NCBI GenBank assembly: GCA_013166835.1
Contig: JABLTI010000017.1
Coordinates: 1-37,187, forward strand
Direction of reading: 5' to 3'
Source of the DNA: Promethearchaeati archaeon
GTDB lineage: Archaea; Asgardarchaeota; Heimdallarchaeia; JABLTI01
Length of the DNA: 37,187 nucleotides
The notes beneath the pieces were generated by a model, which had not been told where the DNA came from, did no database searches, and was given only the letters and a program-made list of their open reading frames with translations. Shown piece by piece: positions 24,008-33,801 of the stretch. The position numbers and the translations under genes were made by a program. Positions within the stretch are counted from its first letter, which is position 1; each line of letters starts with the position of its first letter.

Positions 24008-24931
24008 TTACAGCTGCTCAACATAACTTTGTGCGTTAGTTGCTGCTATACAACCATCACCAACTGCAGTAGCTATTTGTTTTATTCTACCACACACATC
24101 TCCTGCAGCATAAACACCAGGTATATTTGTCTCAAGCGTTTCAATTTTTGTTACAATAAATCCTCGATCATCAACTTCAATTCCAAGTTGATTAGCAAGA
24201 AGGGTATTTGGAACACTACCATACTCAATAAAAACACCTTCAACTTTAATATCTGATTCTTTTCCACCTTCTTTGTAAGTCACAGAGGAAACAAATTCCT
24301 CGCCTGATATTTTTGTTACTCGAGAGCTATAATGAATTTCGAGGTTCTCTTTACCTTCCAATCGACTTTCATAGATAGCATCTGCGCCAAGCCCTTTCTT
24401 TGTGCAAATCAAGTATACTTTCGATGAAAGATTAGCCATATATAGTGCTGATTTAGCAGCTCCGTTACCATAGCCAATAACTACAGTTGGTTTTCCTTGG
24501 TATAATGCCCCATCACAAACACTACAGTACGAGACCCCTTTCATGTAATATTCTTCTTCACCAGAAATGCGCATCTTTCTGTGTCGTGCTCCCATTGCTA
24601 AAATAACTGCTTTTACTTTCAAAGATTCATCATCATCTGTTTTGATAATGAAATCCTTGTCTTTTTTTACAATTTCAATTACGTTATCATAAATGACTTC
24701 AGCACCATTTGCTTTTGTTTGATTCTCCATAGCTTCCATTAATTCTAGACCCTCAACTCCTTTTGCAAAACCAGTATAGTTTTCAATCAAACCTAGTTTA
24801 GCTACTTGGGATTCATATGGATTACCAATAACAATAGTTGAGAACCCAGCTCGAGCAGTATATATTGCTGCTGTTAATCCTGCTGGACCTGCTCCTATAA
24901 TTGCAATCTGATATTCTTTAATTTCCGACAT
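24008..24931 (-). CDS. trxB: Thioredoxin reductase-like flavoprotein
   Basis: GAGPAGLTAAIY, GVSYCSVCDG redox motif and TNIPGVYAAGD; the NADPH-site residues are atypical. Confidence 0.88.
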   Translation of the reverse strand: MSEIKEYQIAIIGAGPAGLTAAIYTARAGFSTIVIGNPYESQVAKLGLIENYTGFAKGVEGLELMEAMENQTKANGAEVIYDNVIEIVKKDKDFIIKTDDDESLKVKAVILAMGARHRKMRISGEEEYYMKGVSYCSVCDGALYQGKPTVVIGYGNGAAKSALYMANLSSKVYLICTKKGLGADAIYESRLEGKENLEIHYSSRVTKISGEEFVSSVTYKEGGKESDIKVEGVFIEYGSVPNTLLANQLGIEVDDRGFIVTKIETLETNIPGVYAAGDVCGRIKQIATAVGDGCIAATNAQSYVEQL

Positions 24932-25054
24932 AATCTTGCATCCTTTGTTAAATTGAAGTGAATGAACTTTATTGTATAATTAGCAAAAGAATTTCTATTT
25001 TTAAATAATTATTGTTATACTAATTTAAATTTTAGCGCACTTTTGACCAATATT

Positions 25055-26680
25055 CTAAGGTTTAGGAGGTAACTTCTCATAGTAGATTTTTGTTATTTTT
25101 CCGATCCCTTTTGTTCTACCTTCTCTAAAGAGAATTTGTCTATCCGTTTTCAAAAATTCAGGATAATAAAGAAATCGAAATCTCACTTTTGCTTTATCGC
25201 CTGTACGAATTACTTCCTTATTCATTTTTGTTATTTTTGCTGTTTGTCGAATCGTACCACAATGAATAACTGCTTGATAATTCTCCTGTATTGTTGTAGA
25301 ATGATATAAAACTAAAACTTCAGCTTCAAATTCCCTAGCAACTTTGATTTGTGCATCTTTTCCTAGTAAAACCATTCCTTTTCTAAAAGCAGATCTTTGG
25401 ATTCTTCTCAAAGCAAAAGTAGCTGTTTGGCCTGCAACAACATGTTTTACTTGTAATCTTTTGTTATGAATACTCTTTATTTTCACTTCCTGGAAGTTTC
25501 CAAATTCATCTGGTCCAAGTAATAACTCATCATCAATTGTAACAGTACCACTCATTAGCGTTCCAGCAACAACAGTACCCACACCCGTGACTGAAAAAGT
25601 CTCATCGATTTGAAATTCAACTGGTTCATCAATAAATTCATCCCACATCTTATAAGCAGGCACTAAATTCAAGAATTTTCTCAGATTATCTAGATTTTCA
25701 CCAGTGACATTAGAAACTAAGAAAACAGGAGCAATACGTCTTGAAATTATATTTTTAGCACTGACCACAACATCATCAACATTTCTGACAATGATTGGTA
25801 TTTTGTTTGAACCAGGCATTTTGAGAAGTTTTGCAAGATTATCTAGAGTTTGTTTTAGAATATGTTCCGGACAAATGTCAATTTTTGTAACCACAATGAT
25901 TATTGGAACCTTCAAAGCTAGAGCAATGCCTAGATGCTCTTTTGTCATGCCAACAATGCCCATATTTGCTCCTATAACAAGCAAGACATAGTCAGGTTTA
26001 TGACCTGTTAATCCGAACAAAGTCGTTTTCAAATATTTCTCGTGTCCACCAAGATCAATAAAAGCAAGAACTTTTGAGCTGCCTTCTATGATTTTAGTCC
26101 ATGAGTGTTCATTCAACGACTCATAATTTACTATTCTTCCTTTACTATCATAACCCATTATTTGCTGGCTAATACTTGATGTTCTGCCAGTTTCAATTTC
26201 ATGTTTATGACGGAATACATTAACTCGAGCAAGCCCTCGTCCATTATCTAATTTACCTTGTGTTAAAACACCCACAAGTGTGCTTTTCCCGCTATCAACA
26301 TTACCAGCAACAGCTATCCTAATTTCTAGAAAATCCTCTTCAGCGAGTTTTCGCACTAAAACTTCTGTAACTTTTCCAATATCCCCTTCACGTTCTCTAA
26401 GAATAGTAATGTCTGCGTTTAATTCCAGTGCCATTTTCTTTAACGTTTCAATTGAAAGTTTCAATTCTTTTTCAGAAAGGCCTTTAGGATAACCATTGTC
26501 CTCAATACCAATTTCGTAAATTGCTTCCCCTAGTCCTTCTTGTAATCTGAATTTCATCTGAGTAACTAAATGTTCAAATCTTGTGGCAGTAGGATCGATT
26601 AGCTTAAGCTTATATTCGATATTACCTTCTTCGGATTCTTTCTCTAGTTTTTCAGCTTTTTTATTCTTTTTTGAAGACAT
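25055..26680 (-). CDS. GTPBP1/GTPBP2-family translational GTPase
   Basis: N-terminal EGNIEYKLKL domain, GNVDSGKST, RHKHEIETGRTSSI, DLGGHEKYLKTT, TKID and C-terminal FREGRTKGIG. Confidence 0.93.
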   Translation of the reverse strand: MSSKKNKKAEKLEKESEEGNIEYKLKLIDPTATRFEHLVTQMKFRLQEGLGEAIYEIGIEDNGYPKGLSEKELKLSIETLKKMALELNADITILREREGDIGKVTEVLVRKLAEEDFLEIRIAVAGNVDSGKSTLVGVLTQGKLDNGRGLARVNVFRHKHEIETGRTSSISQQIMGYDSKGRIVNYESLNEHSWTKIIEGSSKVLAFIDLGGHEKYLKTTLFGLTGHKPDYVLLVIGANMGIVGMTKEHLGIALALKVPIIIVVTKIDICPEHILKQTLDNLAKLLKMPGSNKIPIIVRNVDDVVVSAKNIISRRIAPVFLVSNVTGENLDNLRKFLNLVPAYKMWDEFIDEPVEFQIDETFSVTGVGTVVAGTLMSGTVTIDDELLLGPDEFGNFQEVKIKSIHNKRLQVKHVVAGQTATFALRRIQRSAFRKGMVLLGKDAQIKVAREFEAEVLVLYHSTTIQENYQAVIHCGTIRQTAKITKMNKEVIRTGDKAKVRFRFLYYPEFLKTDRQILFREGRTKGIGKITKIYYEKLPPKP

Positions 26681-26783
26681 ACTCTCAAACTCAAATTTAA
26701 TACAATCTACTTGGTAATATTCTGAATGAATTTATAATATATTAACGCTCAGTAATATTTGTATAAAAAGAAGAAAAATTTGT

Positions 26784-28001
26784 TTATTCTTTAATGTTTA
26801 TCTTAATATCTTGTTTTGTTAATTTTCTGATATTTCTCTGTGTATTTGCTGCTAAACTGGCAATTTCTTCATTCAATTCTTCGAGATTATCTTTGAGACT
26901 ATTTATCCTTCGTCTTTGGATATCCTTATTCTTCTCAAGATTCTCTTGTTTATCTTTGAATTCCATAATTTGATCATTTAGACCTGATTCCTCAACCTTT
27001 ACTTCAATATCCTTTCTTTTCTTAGAGTGTTGAAGAAGATCTGTATGTAGTTCTTTGATAGCACCATTCATAATTTCTTGTGATAGAGAGATTGTTTTGT
27101 TTCGCATTGCTGGTTTCAATTTTAATTTCTCTTTTTCAGCAGCCTCTTTTAAAATCTCTAATAAATCATTGAGATCCTTATGACCCACGGGCATGTCTTC
27201 AAATGCCTTTAGTGGATTTTCACTTAATTGGCTTATAAGATCAATTAAAAATGGTGGAACTATTACTTTTCCATCTTGATGTCGAGAAGTTAATTTTCTT
27301 AATGGTTTATCAAGACCACTCAAATGTAGTTTTATTTTGTTAACAATAATGTGCAATTCATTGTTAATTACATCAAGTTCCTTAAGAATTGTACCAGTTT
27401 CTAAATCAGCTGTATTCTCATTTAAATCAGTTATTCGTTTATCGAGTTTACTGAGTTGATTAGATTCTGATTTGATTTCTTCTTTTAATTTCTCTCGCGC
27501 TTCTACTTTTTCAAGAAGTAATGAAATATTCTCAGAAGTACTATCAACGTCTTTAAGAAGAACAGTTCTGTCTTCCAAAAATTCTTTAAAATCCTGATAA
27601 TTTTTCTGAATACGTGTTAAAGCTCTATTCAAGACAAAAATTCGTGTTTTATATTTCTTCTTGAGATTAGGAATGAATCGTTGACCAAGTTTCAAAACTC
27701 TTAGTAGGAATTTTTCTAAATCCTTTGAAAACTCCTCAGCAGTTTTATATGTGATTGTATTTGGGAATTCAAATTCTTCAACCATTTCAGTCATTTTTTC
27801 ATAGATATTTTGTGAAGATCTAGTCTCCGAATCAACAGTATCACTCATTTCGAAATCTTGTGCAGCGATTTTAAGCTCCTTGAAATTTTCTGCGATATAA
27901 TCCATTCTTTTTTTAATTTCTGAGCGAACTTTTTTTACCCTATTTTCTGATTCGTTATCAAACCATACCTTCATTTTACTAAGTGAAATCACTTTGAACA
28001 T
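26784..28001 (-). CDS. Hypothetical coiled-coil protein
   Basis: 405-aa K/E-rich helical ORF; no catalytic motif recognised. Confidence 0.7.
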   Translation of the reverse strand: MFKVISLSKMKVWFDNESENRVKKVRSEIKKRMDYIAENFKELKIAAQDFEMSDTVDSETRSSQNIYEKMTEMVEEFEFPNTITYKTAEEFSKDLEKFLLRVLKLGQRFIPNLKKKYKTRIFVLNRALTRIQKNYQDFKEFLEDRTVLLKDVDSTSENISLLLEKVEAREKLKEEIKSESNQLSKLDKRITDLNENTADLETGTILKELDVINNELHIIVNKIKLHLSGLDKPLRKLTSRHQDGKVIVPPFLIDLISQLSENPLKAFEDMPVGHKDLNDLLEILKEAAEKEKLKLKPAMRNKTISLSQEIMNGAIKELHTDLLQHSKKRKDIEVKVEESGLNDQIMEFKDKQENLEKNKDIQRRRINSLKDNLEELNEEIASLAANTQRNIRKLTKQDIKINIKE

Positions 28002-28274
28002 CCCATAAGTAATGATTAAATACTAGTAGCTTTAACGAAATTTCTGTGTATTTTCGTTCATTCCTAGGTTTTATTTATCTTTCTTAATATCTTAACTTTG
28101 TTCATCATTAAATAGCTTAACTCTATTTTTAAATATTCCAAAACATTTCAAAACAAAATAAAGCTTAGGAAAACTATTTAAGGAATATTTTCTGTGACTT
28201 CTAAGCTAACATTACATTTAATTATTAGAAATGATTATAGTATTTTGGTACAATTAACGTTATAGAGATGATTT

Positions 28275-29162
28275 ATGGTGCCTTCAAAGCAAGTTGATAA
28301 AACAAATCTAAAAGAATCTGTAGAAGCAATAAAGAAGAAATTTGGAATTATTGGTAGAACTGCTGAGCTAATGAAAGCTCTGGCTGCAAAAGCTGCAGGA
28401 AGACATATTCTATTAGAAGGACCGGTTGGAGTAGGAAAAACAGAAATTGCTCACGCGTTAGCAGCATATTTAAACACTGAGTTTGTCAGATTTGATGGAG
28501 ATGAGCGATATCATCCAGATAAATTAGTTGGTCACTTCGATCCTCCAGTGGTTTTAGAGAAAGGTTATTCCTTTGATTCTTTTGTCTCAGGTCCTTTGAT
28601 TCGCGCTATGAAAGAGGGGGCAATTCTTTTTGCTAATGAAATTAATCGTTGTCCGGAATCCACTCAAAACGTTTTACTATCTGCAATGGATGAAGGACAT
28701 ATTGTTATTCCAAAATTAGGAGAAGTTAATGCAAAACCTGGTTTCTTTATAATAGCAACACAGAATCCAGTTGAGTTTATAGCTACTACCCCACTTGGAG
28801 AAGCTATTAAAGATCGATTTGTTTGGATACGACTTGATTATCAATCAGAATCTGAAGAAAAACAAATTGTGGCTGCAAAGGTTAAAGACGCTCCCGAAAA
28901 TGTTACGGATTATTCTGTTCTAATTGTACGAGAAACAAGACTTTCAACTGATCTCAGAAGAGGTGCGAGTATAAGAGGAGCTATTGACTTGGCTGCGATT
29001 ATAAATGAATTTGAAGAACGCTCCATTACTACTTGGATAGACATCAGCATTATGGCTTTAGCAACTAAGATAGAATTGGAAGACGGGGTAGAAGATAAAA
29101 TAGAAACCATAATAGAAAAAATAGTAAGGAAGGTTATTGGGAAGTTTTTTCGGTCCCAGTGA
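28275..29162 (+). CDS. MoxR-family AAA+ ATPase
   Basis: Walker A GPVGVGKT, Walker B variant FANEINR, QNVLLSAMDEG, IATQNP and AIKDRF. Confidence 0.92.
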   Translation: MVPSKQVDKTNLKESVEAIKKKFGIIGRTAELMKALAAKAAGRHILLEGPVGVGKTEIAHALAAYLNTEFVRFDGDERYHPDKLVGHFDPPVVLEKGYSFDSFVSGPLIRAMKEGAILFANEINRCPESTQNVLLSAMDEGHIVIPKLGEVNAKPGFFIIATQNPVEFIATTPLGEAIKDRFVWIRLDYQSESEEKQIVAAKVKDAPENVTDYSVLIVRETRLSTDLRRGASIRGAIDLAAIINEFEERSITTWIDISIMALATKIELEDGVEDKIETIIEKIVRKVIGKFFRSQ

Positions 29163-30228
29163 AGTAGAAATGCCCAGATCTTCTGGACATACGCCACCTC
29201 AAATAGGACGAATGACTCCGGAAAAATTGGTCCAAGCTGAGATTGTTTCTGGTACTAGATCTTCGAAAGATTTTAACCAGATGACACTAGGCATGAAATA
29301 TCCGACTTTAAAGAAAATGTCCGAGTTAGCAATTGAATATGATAATATCCCCGCATTAAGAGGAATAGCTAAGAGTAACCAATATGCTGTAGCTGAAGCC
29401 ATGCAATCAAAAGAGGGCATAAGGATGATTGAACGCCGAGCTGCAAGAGGGGAAGGTAGCGCTCCGGAACTCTTCTTTATGTTGAGAAGCAATTTTGACC
29501 CCCAATATAAGAAAATCTATAGACGATTAGCAAGAATCTCAGTTCTCAAATCATCCTATAGAGTTGTGGGTAGAGGATTGAAAGGAGAAATACAAGTAAG
29601 ATCAGAATATGAACCAGGAATGAGTGATTTTGATATGGATTTGCTTATTGAAAAATATCTAGTCAATCGCTATATACAGTATTCTGATATTGTTGCAATA
29701 GAAAGAAGAAGTAGAGAAAATATCGGAGTATTAATGTTTGATACTTCAGGATCACTTTATGGTGAAAAATTCAGAAATGCTGCCATGGCTGTTGCGATTT
29801 TGGCTTACCATTTAGCTAGAGAAAAATATGCTGTTATTCTATTTAATACGAAAGCAACGGTCATAAAACATATGGATGAAAAGGTGAAAATCGATACTTT
29901 GATTGATAGGGTCCTTGAAAGTGAATCTGCAGGATATACGAATATTTCTGCTGCATTGAAGAGTGGCTTACAAGAATTAAATAAAGAAAAGAGAACTGAG
30001 AAATTTGGAGTACTTATTAGTGATGGGTGCTTTAATAGAGGAGATGATCCACGACCCTTCGCAAAAAACTTCTTCAATTTACATATTCTTAGTTTACCAA
30101 CAGAGAAAGTTTGGGGAGAAGCTGTTTGTAGAGATTTAGCTCGTTTAGGTAAAGGAAGATATATGGCTGTCAAAAGTGTGAACCAAATACCTAGGATTTT
30201 AATGAGGTTATTACGTAAGAAAAGCTAA
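29137..30228 (+). CDS. VWA-domain protein (MoxR partner, CoxE-like)
   Basis: MIDAS DTSGS...GYTN...ISDG. The true start may be ATG 29170. Confidence 0.88.
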   Translation: MGSFFGPSEVEMPRSSGHTPPQIGRMTPEKLVQAEIVSGTRSSKDFNQMTLGMKYPTLKKMSELAIEYDNIPALRGIAKSNQYAVAEAMQSKEGIRMIERRAARGEGSAPELFFMLRSNFDPQYKKIYRRLARISVLKSSYRVVGRGLKGEIQVRSEYEPGMSDFDMDLLIEKYLVNRYIQYSDIVAIERRSRENIGVLMFDTSGSLYGEKFRNAAMAVAILAYHLAREKYAVILFNTKATVIKHMDEKVKIDTLIDRVLESESAGYTNISAALKSGLQELNKEKRTEKFGVLISDGCFNRGDDPRPFAKNFFNLHILSLPTEKVWGEAVCRDLARLGKGRYMAVKSVNQIPRILMRLLRKKS

Positions 30229-30287
30229 TCTCAAAATGCTTTCAATAAATAGAAATATTATAAAATAAGAAATTGACTGACTAAGAA

Positions 30288-30593
30288 TCAGAGATTAAAC
30301 ATCTTAGAGAAATCTTCTTCCTCATCTTCTTCTTTAGGTTTCTTTTTGCGGGCGTAAGCTGCAATCAATTCTGGATGACTTTCTTGAACATGTGCACGCC
30401 AATCTTTAATCATTCGTCCACAATAACCACAAATACTTAAAGCTTCTTTTTCTTCTCTCTTTTGCAAATATTCAGCATATTTAGGATGCTTTCTATTCAT
30501 ATGTTCCTCTACATCGTCTACTAAGCACTGACAGATTTTACAGAACTTAAGACCCTGACGTTTGTTTTGTATTATCGATGATTTAGCACACAA
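30288..30593 (-). CDS. Small protein with two C2H2-type zinc fingers
   Basis: CKIC-x8-H-x4-H and CGYC-x9-H-x4-H-like motifs followed by a basic then acidic tail. Confidence 0.7.
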   Translation of the reverse strand: MCAKSSIIQNKRQGLKFCKICQCLVDDVEEHMNRKHPKYAEYLQKREEKEALSICGYCGRMIKDWRAHVQESHPELIAAYARKKKPKEEDEEEDFSKMFNL

Positions 30594-31051
30594 ATTGAAA
30601 TCCTCAGCAGATATTTTGAATGAGTTAAAGACCTCTGAGAGAAGTAAAACTACTACAACTCAGTATACAGACTTAATTCTGCTGTTATGTCTTAAAAACC
30701 TTACTCATGTGTTATTAATTCAATCTGGCGGTAGAAACTTTGCACCATTTTTTGATGAAAAGTTGACATTATGTTAAGAAAATTCGAATCGTAATATCTA
30801 ATTATTACCTTTTTTCCTCAAATTATGTCATTAATTTAGACTTTTTTAAAATTTTATTTATTTTATTTTTGTCAACATTAATCCTTCAATTAATTTATAA
30901 ATAAAAAATCTATTTATTTTAATAATTGCTTCGCCATTCCTTTTTCACCTCTCCAAAAAGTACTAAAAAAAGCAATTAACAAGTAGAGGGAAAAAATTAA
31001 ATTAAGAACAAAGAGAATTTAAATTGTTTATCCAGGAGAAAACAGAAACAC

Positions 31052-31951
31052 ATGACTATAAAAATAGCCTGGGGGATAACAGGCGCTGGATGTTGGTTAT
31101 TAGAAAGCTTCGAGATATTGGGACGGTTTCTGAGAGATTCAAACGTAAAAGTAGATCTTTTTTTCAGTGAAGCTGGAAGAGAAGTGGCACAAAATTATGG
31201 AGTATTTGAATCTCCAGTACCTTTGAAAACCCCATTTATTGATAAAGTAAGAGAAATCCCTAATTTCAATCAAGATATATTTCGCAAAGGTTTTAGAGAG
31301 AAATACAACTGGTTGGGAATCCATGAATCTCGAGAAATTGAAAACTTCTTACATGATATTGTTACTGATGAATCAGAAGAGGAATTTGATTACGAAGAAG
31401 TTCTAAATGATGTAATTTTCGAGATAGATGAAGGATCAAGTTTTCCTACCGGAGCACGTGCATCTAATAATCGTTATGATTTCATTGTAATAAGCCCTGC
31501 AACTGGAAATACTGTCGCAAAAATAGCTAATGGAATTGCTGATAACTTGATTACGAATTTAGCTATTATGGGAAATAAAAGCAAAAAATCCAAAGTAATT
31601 TTTGTTCCGACAGACTTCAAACAAGGAGAAGTTAAGAGTTATCTGCCAATCATGCTTCATCAAGATACCTGTAAAAAATGTAAGGAATGTTCAGCCTTAT
31701 GGGCCTGCAAACCTGGTGCTATAAGGAGAAAAAGAGGTAAAATTAGAATAAACCGATTGAAATGTATTGGTTGTTTAGACTGTGTTAAGTTTTGCAGACA
31801 TGGTGTTGTAACATTTCTAGAAGAAACGAAAGTAATAGTTAGAAATAGGGAAGCAATTGCAGCAGATCTTCTTAGTAAACAAGAAGGGTTTATTGTTTTA
31901 GAAACACCAGAGAAAGCATATGATTACTTGGTTAAAGAAATGAAGAAGTAA
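31052..31951 (+). CDS. dmrX: Archaeal iron-sulfur flavoprotein, dihydromethanopterin reductase (DmrX/MJ0208-like)
   Basis: IAWGITGAG, SPATGNTVAKIANGIADNLITN and two CxxCxxCxxxC-type ferredoxin motifs. Confidence 0.82.
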   Translation: MTIKIAWGITGAGCWLLESFEILGRFLRDSNVKVDLFFSEAGREVAQNYGVFESPVPLKTPFIDKVREIPNFNQDIFRKGFREKYNWLGIHESREIENFLHDIVTDESEEEFDYEEVLNDVIFEIDEGSSFPTGARASNNRYDFIVISPATGNTVAKIANGIADNLITNLAIMGNKSKKSKVIFVPTDFKQGEVKSYLPIMLHQDTCKKCKECSALWACKPGAIRRKRGKIRINRLKCIGCLDCVKFCRHGVVTFLEETKVIVRNREAIAADLLSKQEGFIVLETPEKAYDYLVKEMKK

Positions 31952-32021
31952 CACAAAATTCAACTTTTATTTAGTAATCTCTAAAAATTGTATTCACTTA
32001 TTTATAGTAGAGGTATTTTCT

Positions 32022-33644
32022 TTGAAAAAAAATACTAAGGATAATACACTGCCAAAAATCTTAGTATTAACTGGTAGAGCAGCTGAACCTATTGTTAGAA
32101 AATATATTCCAGAAAATGTGGATTTATTAGTGCTTCCAGTTGATGTAGCAGCTTTTATCACTAGTGAAATGATTTTAGAGAATCTAAACAAAAAAACAGC
32201 TCAAAACTATGAGCTTATTGTTACACCAGGCTTAGTACAAGATGATTTAACGTATTTGAAAAACAAACTTGGGATTCTAGTCGTAAAAGGACCAAGATAT
32301 GCTAGCGATATCAAAATGGCAATAATTGATACTGATCCATTTACTTTATCACCTGTAGTTTCTGCTGATAAATATCTAAAAAAACAGAAAGCTACAATAT
32401 CTCGAGATATTATTGAACAAGGATTTACTGCTCCTCTTGAGAAAAATGAGTACTATATTGGATTCAAGAAGAAATTTCCTGTTGGTTTGAATAGACCCCC
32501 TCTTGTAATGGCAGAAATCGTAGATGCTCCAAAACTATCAATGGAAAAAATAACTGAGAGAGCTCTATATTATCTAAGAAATGGAGCAGATATTTTAGAT
32601 ATTGGTGCATTAGCTAATGAACCTGAACCTCAAAAAATCTCAAAAATTGTTAAGAAATTAAAATCACTGCAAGAACAACATGGTTTTGCAATTAGTGTTG
32701 ATACACTAGAAGTTGAAGAAATACAAGCAGCAATAAAAGAAGGTGTTGACCTCATTTTGAGCATTGATCATGGAAATGTAGACTATTTGATCGATGATAT
32801 ACCTAAAAACGTAGGAGTTGTATTTGTCCCAACAAATGTTGAAAAAGGTTATTTGCCAAAAACTTCACAAGAAAGAGTTAAGTCATTAATACAGTTGAGA
32901 GACAAATTAAAAGCAGCTGACCTAACAAAAATTGCTGCTGATCCAATAATTGAAATGCCAATTTATCCTGGTTTTACAAATTCGCTCTCACATTATATTG
33001 AATATCGGAAAATTGATTCCGAAACTCCAATGATGACCTGTGTTGGTAATGTAACTGAGTTTATTGCAGCAGATCCAATTGGGATCAATGCCTTATTTAG
33101 TTGCATTTCAGTTGAACTTGGGATTCAGTTGTTATTAGTAACAGATGTTAGTGCAAAGTGTAGAGGTGGAATAAAAGAAATTGTAAAATCTAGAGATCTA
33201 GCGTTTGTGGCAAAACAAAAAGATACTCCGCCAAAAGGACATGGAATAGAAATTTTAATGGCGAAAAGTCGTACTGCCAATGATATAGAGATTGTCGGAT
33301 TCAAAAATATTGAAACTTTAGAAATCACAACGAAAGATGAAAATAAACTTTATCGCTTAGATTACGAACCTGATCCTAAAGGAAGCTTCACAATCTGGAT
33401 TGATTATCACAAACAAAAGATCTACACCGCTCATCTTAAAGTTGGAACGAACAAACCAGACCTATTATTAATCTCAAGTAAAGCAAGACTGATCTATGAA
33501 GAAATCATAAAAAGGAATCTCATAACAAAAATTGACCATGCTTTCTACATGGGAAGAGAATTAGAGCGAGCTGAAGTCTGTTTATACCTTGGAAAAACGT
33601 ACATACAAAATAAACAAACATTTTGTGATGAAAAAATAATTTAG
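32022..33644 (+). CDS. Dihydropteroate synthase-like protein (MJ0107-like) with C-terminal DUF4346-like domain
   Basis: VLTGRAA, DVAAFIT, KGPRYASD, MAEIVDA, GNVTEFIAADPIGINA, DPKGSFTI and DHAFYMGRELERAE. Confidence 0.85.
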   Translation: MKKNTKDNTLPKILVLTGRAAEPIVRKYIPENVDLLVLPVDVAAFITSEMILENLNKKTAQNYELIVTPGLVQDDLTYLKNKLGILVVKGPRYASDIKMAIIDTDPFTLSPVVSADKYLKKQKATISRDIIEQGFTAPLEKNEYYIGFKKKFPVGLNRPPLVMAEIVDAPKLSMEKITERALYYLRNGADILDIGALANEPEPQKISKIVKKLKSLQEQHGFAISVDTLEVEEIQAAIKEGVDLILSIDHGNVDYLIDDIPKNVGVVFVPTNVEKGYLPKTSQERVKSLIQLRDKLKAADLTKIAADPIIEMPIYPGFTNSLSHYIEYRKIDSETPMMTCVGNVTEFIAADPIGINALFSCISVELGIQLLLVTDVSAKCRGGIKEIVKSRDLAFVAKQKDTPPKGHGIEILMAKSRTANDIEIVGFKNIETLEITTKDENKLYRLDYEPDPKGSFTIWIDYHKQKIYTAHLKVGTNKPDLLLISSKARLIYEEIIKRNLITKIDHAFYMGRELERAEVCLYLGKTYIQNKQTFCDEKII

Positions 33645-33778
33645 AAAAACTGGAATGATTCATTTTTATCTCAGATATTTTTAATTAAAAAAAAAGAAAT
33701 AAAGTTTTAAAAGAGAACATATATTCAAAATATGAATAAGTTCTTATTACCAAAACTAAAAAAGAACATCGGTTAACG

Positions 33779-33795
33779 AAAAAAAAAAAAAAAAA
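33779..33795 (+). repeat. A17 homopolymer
   Basis: 17 consecutive A ending 6 nt before the first gcvH ATG. Confidence 0.85.
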
Positions 33796-33801
33796 TTAGA
33801 A

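Noticed and set aside
28620-28650. MoxR Walker B Asp-to-Asn change as an inactive ATPase
   Set aside because: The catalytic Glu is retained, and NE(I/L)NR variants occur in this MoxR subgroup as far as I recall.
20482-30173. Multiple 60-125 aa antisense ORFs within DP1, UbiA, TrxR, GTPBP, MoxR and VWA
   Set aside because: Shadow frames of well-supported genes, with no independent coding evidence.
30562-30777. 71-aa + strand ORF
   Set aside because: Overlaps the zinc-finger gene start head-to-head, has a TTG start and no motifs; likely spurious.
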